This document shows, piece by piece, positions 36,621 through 42,873 of a DNA stretch of 42,873 nt. Source of the DNA: a virus (Duplodnaviria; Heunggongvirae; Uroviricota; Caudoviricetes); IMG/VR virus record IMGVR_UViG_2897369580_000001; one strand, 5' to 3'. Numbering within the stretch: position 1 is the first letter of the stretch; each line of letters starts with the position of its first letter. Below the pieces are notes generated by a model that saw only the letters and a list, made by a program, of their open reading frames with translations, searched no databases and had not been told where the DNA came from. Position numbers and translations under genes: made by a program.

Positions 36621-36845
36621 GTACGGTCGTAATGGAAACATAACGACGCCGGAAACGTAACCGGCACCCTTTAGATAGCAAAAGACCCGCACAAGGCGGG
36701 CCAGTTACCCCGAACGGCGACCAAACCATTCGGATTTATCACAAGTGACCAAACTTGTGATGAGGAAAGACCAACGACACTGACGCTATGGAAGCTGATC
36801 AATATTCGCTGATCGGCTCTGAGTATACATTACCAAGGAGTCGCT

Positions 36846-37166
36846 ATGGAAGCGCGCACCATCCCAGTAACACTCTTTATTCATTATGCAACTTCAACTT
36901 TCAGCCACGAAAAGCTGCTTGTTGCGACTGTTGATATGTCAAAAAATTTTCCAGACAGGTACATCCTTCTGGAAAGCCGCGAAATTGAAATTACCGTTAA
37001 CCAGCCCGAGCCAATCGACATCATCGGTTTACAGGTCGAGCAACTGCGTGAACAAAAACAGAAAACAGTCGCCGACGCCCAACAGCGTATTGCTGCTATC
37101 GATGACAAAATCCAGCAGTTACTTTGCATCGAATACACGCCAGATACCGATGAGCTCCCCTACTAA
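36846..37166 (+). CDS. Hypothetical early-left protein
   Basis: 106 aa; AAGGAG RBS 7 nt upstream; coiled-coil-like C-terminus. Confidence 0.5.
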   Translation: MEARTIPVTLFIHYATSTFSHEKLLVATVDMSKNFPDRYILLESREIEITVNQPEPIDIIGLQVEQLREQKQKTVADAQQRIAAIDDKIQQLLCIEYTPDTDELPY

Positions 37167-37196
37167 AAACCACTGACCTGTAATGAGGAAAGACCA

Positions 37197-39413
37197 ATGA
37201 CCATTTTTAACGGCTTGTTAGAAGCGAAAAAAGGCGCGCTCAAAAACGGCGCGATCCCGGCGCTGGCCATCGCCATCGCCGCCCCTAACAAAAAAGTTGC
37301 CGAGAACATCATCATCGGCAAATTGTGGGAAGCCTACCCTGACCACGGCGACAACTATTTCAAACCTAAAATCTGGGAAGATGCCCCGGGCCAACCGCGC
37401 CCAGGCGTCGGTGAGTTTGATGAGACGTTTGCCACAGAACACAGTTTTGATGGCGAAAAATGGGTAGTTAACACTCCTGTTGATTCAGATTGCAGTTCAG
37501 CAGATATCTCACAGGTTAGCGACCTGATGAAACTGCCGGCTCGTGAACGATTCGCCGCCGTTCTGCTGTTCAGCCACGACGCCAACGAAGTCGACAGTGA
37601 ATTGCTTGTGCAGACGCGTGAATACCTGGAGATGCTCGATAACAGTGATACTGACAGTGAGGATGAGGTTGACGCGTTTAACCGCATCGTTCTTGATGCC
37701 ATGGTGGCGTGTAAGCCCATCGAGTACATGCATATTGCTGGATTGAATAATCTGGTACATGCAATTTTGGCAAGTTGCGATACCCAGGAACAAAACCCGA
37801 CCAGTTGGACTATCTCCAAATTTATAAAAAAATGGGTAGAGAATCCCGGTAAACGAGATGAAATGCTGCCGGAGGTAAAACCAGAAACAGCATCCGCACG
37901 TCCTTACAAACAGACTCACGCCACTCTGGATCGTGAAATTGCCTGCGCCCTGTTACCTGTTGCCCCGGAAAAAATCACCCCCAGCATCCTGAAAGCGGCA
38001 GACGAAATAATCAGTCAGGACAGGGAAGATTTTAAACGCTGGTCAATGGCCTTGCGCACAACGGATCAGATCCTTGCCTATGACCGCGCATCAGTATTCG
38101 GTGTTATTCAGAGCGCCCCCGCAAAAGACACGTACCACTTCCCACAATCCCTGCGCAGTCACATCGACAACTGGCTGCAAGCTAACGGGCAGCGTGATGC
38201 AAATGCTGTTGAAGAGAAGCCAAAGGAAGCAGCACCCAAGGATGATGTAAAAGTCACCAACCACGGCGGCGGACGATTCTCAATTGATGGGATGATGTCA
38301 GAAACACCCTCAAATCAGGGCGAAAAAAGCGAAGCTGCAAATGCTGGAGAACGTAGTTTGCAGCAGTTGCGTGAGCAGTTTGTCACGCCTCGCCATGTGT
38401 ATGACGTACCTGAAAATAACGCCGTATCACAGAGGGAACCTGCAGCTATTACCCTGGCAGAAGAGACTCCTCCACAAGAACAACTTAGCGAGCAGGTAAA
38501 GGATCTGGTGCAGAACGTTGACGCGCTGGTTGAGCGGATCCATGCCGAAGAGCACAAGCGGCAGAATGCAATCTCAGCTATCGAAACGGAGTTAAAGGAC
38601 TCAGATGACACGGATAACCTGGCATTGTGGAAGAACGTATTCAAAACCGATGAGCGCTTCACCAGTGCTTTCTCTCAGAATGGCGGCGGCACATCCATCA
38701 ACGGCACTTATATAGCGATGAAAGCGACTCGCGAATTTGGGCCATTTGGTATTGGCTGGGGGGTAGAGGTGCTGGAGGAGCGCTTTGATAAAGGCGCACC
38801 AATAGTTCGCAAAAAACAGGTTGGTGAAAAAATAGAATGGGATCTGATTCAAGACGGTGTTGGCGGGTACCTATGTGAAATGCACCACACCATGAAAGTG
38901 AGAGTCTGGTACATATTGAATGGGGTACGCGGTGAGTCCGAGGCTTACGGATGCACACCTTATATCTACGACACTAAATACGGACCAACAAGCGACGGCG
39001 AAGCACCGAAGAAATCCTGGACGGATGCTGTTAAGAAAGCGCTATCCCCTCTCGGATTCAGCGCCGATATTTTCATGGGCCTGTACGACAATCCGGAATA
39101 CCGCCAGAGGAATAAAGCTGAGTTTGATATCAAGAATGCCAGCGAGAATGCGGAAGATGCTACCCGTCTGCGTAAGGAACTGGATGAGAAGCTTATCAAC
39201 GTTGCCAATACGCTGGCCGCCGCGGTAACCGCCAACGAAGTAAACAAGGTATTTGGCCTCATCGCCCGCGAAGTGGATGTACACAGGAAAGCAGCGGAAA
39301 CCAAAGGCGATAAAGAATATTCATCGTATCTGGGATCACGTCTGCGCCGTATCACCGACATTAAAACTGAACGCCTCGCCGCCCTTACCGCTGCACAGGA
39401 GCAAACAGCATGA
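37197..39413 (+). CDS. Large recombination protein with C-terminal Rad52-like annealase domain
   Basis: 738 aa; ...KKSWTDAVKKALSPLGFSADIFMGLYD... resembles the Rad52/Sak signature; conserved RBS motif. Confidence 0.55.
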   Translation: MTIFNGLLEAKKGALKNGAIPALAIAIAAPNKKVAENIIIGKLWEAYPDHGDNYFKPKIWEDAPGQPRPGVGEFDETFATEHSFDGEKWVVNTPVDSDCSSADISQVSDLMKLPARERFAAVLLFSHDANEVDSELLVQTREYLEMLDNSDTDSEDEVDAFNRIVLDAMVACKPIEYMHIAGLNNLVHAILASCDTQEQNPTSWTISKFIKKWVENPGKRDEMLPEVKPETASARPYKQTHATLDREIACALLPVAPEKITPSILKAADEIISQDREDFKRWSMALRTTDQILAYDRASVFGVIQSAPAKDTYHFPQSLRSHIDNWLQANGQRDANAVEEKPKEAAPKDDVKVTNHGGGRFSIDGMMSETPSNQGEKSEAANAGERSLQQLREQFVTPRHVYDVPENNAVSQREPAAITLAEETPPQEQLSEQVKDLVQNVDALVERIHAEEHKRQNAISAIETELKDSDDTDNLALWKNVFKTDERFTSAFSQNGGGTSINGTYIAMKATREFGPFGIGWGVEVLEERFDKGAPIVRKKQVGEKIEWDLIQDGVGGYLCEMHHTMKVRVWYILNGVRGESEAYGCTPYIYDTKYGPTSDGEAPKKSWTDAVKKALSPLGFSADIFMGLYDNPEYRQRNKAEFDIKNASENAEDATRLRKELDEKLINVANTLAAAVTANEVNKVFGLIAREVDVHRKAAETKGDKEYSSYLGSRLRRITDIKTERLAALTAAQEQTA

Positions 39414-39979
39414 GCACTGCTATCGCTATTGCAAAAGAATATGCCAGTCTGATTGACCTGTTAGAAACCGCCGATGAACTGACGCCAGAGATGATCGCCG
39501 ACACGCTTGAAGGCATGGAAGGAGAACTGGGAGACAAACTGGACGCCATGATGGTCATCTGCCGTAATTTACAGGGCAATGCCAATACCTGCGCTGAAGA
39601 AATGTCTCGCCTGGCAACCCGTAAGACGTCCTTTGAAGGCAAGGAAAAAGCAATTCGAAAGCATATGCTCACCTGCCTGCAAGCTGCTGGCCTGGATAAA
39701 CTGAAAACCGCAAAAAACACATTTACTGATGCACAGGGGGCTATCCGGGTAATTATCGATAGCAAAGATAAGATCCCGGATGAGTATGAGGGCGTGTCAC
39801 TTGTTGATGTAGAAACGGTTATTACACCAAACAAGCGAGCCATTAAAGAAGTGATTGAATCTGCGGAGGCGGTTGCCGCCGAAATACTGGCGCGTGGAGA
39901 AACACCACCAGCCGAGTTATTAAACCCGGTACCAGGCGCACATCTGGAACGCGGCGAACGGTCACTGAGGATACGCTAA
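39410..39979 (+). CDS. Gp157-like protein (Sipho_Gp157 family candidate)
   Basis: 189 aa overlapping stop of upstream gene; family call from memory. Confidence 0.4.
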   Translation: MSTAIAIAKEYASLIDLLETADELTPEMIADTLEGMEGELGDKLDAMMVICRNLQGNANTCAEEMSRLATRKTSFEGKEKAIRKHMLTCLQAAGLDKLKTAKNTFTDAQGAIRVIIDSKDKIPDEYEGVSLVDVETVITPNKRAIKEVIESAEAVAAEILARGETPPAELLNPVPGAHLERGERSLRIR

Positions 39980-40045
39980 TGCTTAAACTCACATTAAAGC
40001 GTGGTGACGCGGTTCTGAAGTGGTCAACAAAAACTGGCCACCGAG

Positions 40046-41193
<1,148 letters not shown>

Positions 41194-41464
41194 TATGGCA
41201 CCTGTGTTGTTCTGAGGTGAGCATATCACCTCTGTTCAGGTGGCCAAATTCAGTAAACCACTTCAGTTCACCTGGTACTTGCCGATGGTACCAATGGCAT
41301 TATTGAAGCACGGAGCCGCTGCGAACTTGGGCTACACCTGCCAGAAAACATTAAGGTCACTCGGGAGAAATCGGCATTCACCCCACAAGAACTGATTACG
41401 CCTAATCAGAAATAAAAACTCACCATCGCTAGCATTGCGATTCACCAGACACCGGAGGATCACA

Positions 41465-41689
41465 ATGCTGCGATGGCAACCGGGAGCAACTCTGCTCTCC
41501 GCATTTGATATCAAAATTGGTCGACTGTCGGCCAGCGTCAGGAAACAGACTTTGACCGAGTCTGATATTGCCCGTGCCTGCCAGAAGGCAGATGACGCAA
41601 TAAGCTACATAATGAGGAAAGACCATGAAAAGCGATCACGACATAATCACCAGAGAAGAAATGGTCGAGCTGACGGGAAGCCCACTTAA
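41465..41689 (+). CDS. Hypothetical small protein (uncertain; overlaps excisionase-like gene)
   Basis: ATG at 41465; overlaps 41625..41888 in another frame. Confidence 0.2.
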   Translation: MLRWQPGATLLSAFDIKIGRLSASVRKQTLTESDIARACQKADDAISYIMRKDHEKRSRHNHQRRNGRADGKPT

Positions 41690-41888
41690 ATCAAAGCAAT
41701 GTGAGGCTCTTCGCCGGGCTGGAATTTTCTTCATGGAAAGGGCTGACGGACACCCAAAAACAACCTGGGGCCATTTCATGAACCCAATAAAATTTCGCAA
41801 TTTACAGGAGGTGACGACGCGAAAAGATGATGAACCTGATTTTGGAGCAATATTTAATGGCCGGAAAGAGAAAGAACCCAGCAGATAA
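41625..41888 (+). CDS. Excisionase-like protein (putative Xis)
   Basis: 87 aa; conserved RBS motif before ATG; overlaps integrase start; winged-helix-like ...ITREEMVELTGSPLKSKQCEALRRAGIFF... Confidence 0.5.
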   Translation: MKSDHDIITREEMVELTGSPLKSKQCEALRRAGIFFMERADGHPKTTWGHFMNPIKFRNLQEVTTRKDDEPDFGAIFNGRKEKEPSR

Positions 41889-42873
41889 CTGGATGCCGCC
41901 TCGTGTTTACCAGGGCAAAGCGGCCTACGAATTCAGGAATAAAGATAACAAAGCGATACGCCTGTGCGCATTGGATGCACCACGATCAGCCGTATGGCTG
42001 GCATATGAAAAAGCGGTCGGTGACGAAAAAGAAAGAAATACTTTTCAGGCGCTCACGGAACAATTCATGACCTCCCCTGATTTTATGGATTTGGCAGTCG
42101 AAACCCGGAAAGACTACACAAAATATTCCGGAAAAGTTCTGCCTGTCTTCGGGAAGATCGACCCGGATAAAATCAAACCTGAACATATTCGGCGCTATAT
42201 GGATCAACGCGGTTTATCAAGCCGAACTCAGGCAAACAGGGAAAAAAGCTTTATGTCCCGGGTATTCCGTTGGGGTTATGAACGAGGTTATGTTCAGAGG
42301 AATCCTTGTCAGGGAGTTAAACAGTTTAAAGAGAAAGCTCGCGAACGTTATATTACGGATGAAGAATATCAGGCCGTTTATGAAGTGTCTCCTGATGTTG
42401 TTCGCGTAGCAATGGAGATTGCCTACTTATGCGTGGCCAGACAGAGTGATGTACTTTCATTGCAGAAAGACCAGCTGTTCGATTCCGGGATCTACATTCG
42501 TCAGGGAAAAACCGGCGTTAAGCAAATCAAAGCCTGGTCGCCTCGTCTGCAGAAAGCGATAGCTCTGGCTCGTTCTCTGCCATTAAAAACGGGAATCAGT
42601 AGCCTGTTTGTGATTCATCAAACTACCGGTGGCAAGTATACCCGTGATGGTTTTAACTCTCGTTGGCGTGATGTCAAAGCGGCAGCACAGGAAAAATATC
42701 CTCATCTGCAAATAGACTTCACATTTCATGATCTGAAAGCAAAAGGTATCTCTGATCTGGAAGGCAGCCTGGAAGAGAAGCAAGCAATTTCCGGGCATAA
42801 GAACCCGCGACAGACAGCAGCATATGACCGGAAAGTTAAAGTAGTGCCCGTAGTTGGTGGCCAGAGAAAATGA
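41827..42873 (+). CDS. Tyrosine-type phage integrase
   Basis: About 338-348 aa (likely start 41857); N-terminal SAM-like and C-terminal catalytic domain with ...HDLKAKGISDL... and terminal ...AAYDRK; ends at window edge. Confidence 0.9.
   Translation: MMNLILEQYLMAGKRKNPADNWMPPRVYQGKAAYEFRNKDNKAIRLCALDAPRSAVWLAYEKAVGDEKERNTFQALTEQFMTSPDFMDLAVETRKDYTKYSGKVLPVFGKIDPDKIKPEHIRRYMDQRGLSSRTQANREKSFMSRVFRWGYERGYVQRNPCQGVKQFKEKARERYITDEEYQAVYEVSPDVVRVAMEIAYLCVARQSDVLSLQKDQLFDSGIYIRQGKTGVKQIKAWSPRLQKAIALARSLPLKTGISSLFVIHQTTGGKYTRDGFNSRWRDVKAAAQEKYPHLQIDFTFHDLKAKGISDLEGSLEEKQAISGHKNPRQTAAYDRKVKVVPVVGGQRK

Noticed and set aside
35810-36692. Overlapping ORFs on both strands in the early-left leader (121, 74, 68, 96, 73 aa)
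   Set aside because: Mutually overlapping, Arg/Pro/Cys-rich translations across promoter, hairpins and repeats; more consistent with non-coding regulatory or structured-RNA DNA
37355-38958. Minus-strand ORFs of 154, 136, 115, 83 and 86 aa inside the 738-aa gene
   Set aside because: Antisense to a long ORF with a recognisable Rad52-like domain; Cys/Ser-rich low-complexity translations; no start signals
42600-42873. Attachment site at the right edge
   Set aside because: The integrase gene runs to the last base of the window, so any att core lies outside the sequence and cannot be assessed

Overview
The whole window lies inside one mosaic temperate prophage of an enterobacterial host, read here in inverted orientation; no database search was possible, so all family calls rest on remembered sequence similarity, motifs and gene order. 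From right to left it contains: integrase and excisionase (41.6-42.9 kb); an IS911 copy (IS3 family, 40016-41264) interrupting a small gene; an early-left recombination operon with a Rad52-like annealase fusion and a Gp157-like protein (36.8-40.0 kb); a 1-kb ORF-poor, repeat-rich leader; a DicA/DicC-type immunity switch with palindromic operators (35.1-35.8 kb); YdaT-like regulator, replication initiator and DnaB-type helicase (32.1-35.0 kb); a nin-like region; antiterminator Q and a lysis cassette (20.0-22.1 kb); a lambda-like packaging and head module (terminase, portal, protease C, decoration D, capsid E, FI/FII; 11.5-19.3 kb); and a P2-like contractile-tail module in canonical order V-W-J-I-H-G-sheath-tube-E-T-U-X-D (1-10.3 kb). 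The most interesting material is an accessory island (about 23.0-30.3 kb) inserted in the nin-like region. It holds a LexA box overlapping a promoter for a small ORF, an HTH / ImmA-like zinc peptidase / membrane-protein module, a visibly AT-rich cassette bracketed by a diverged 72-bp direct repeat, and an antirepressor-like gene. Other notable points are an apparent frameshift splitting tail gene D, and the IS911 insertion with its target duplication. Several start codons in the ORF track are alternative codons, so start coordinates are approximate.
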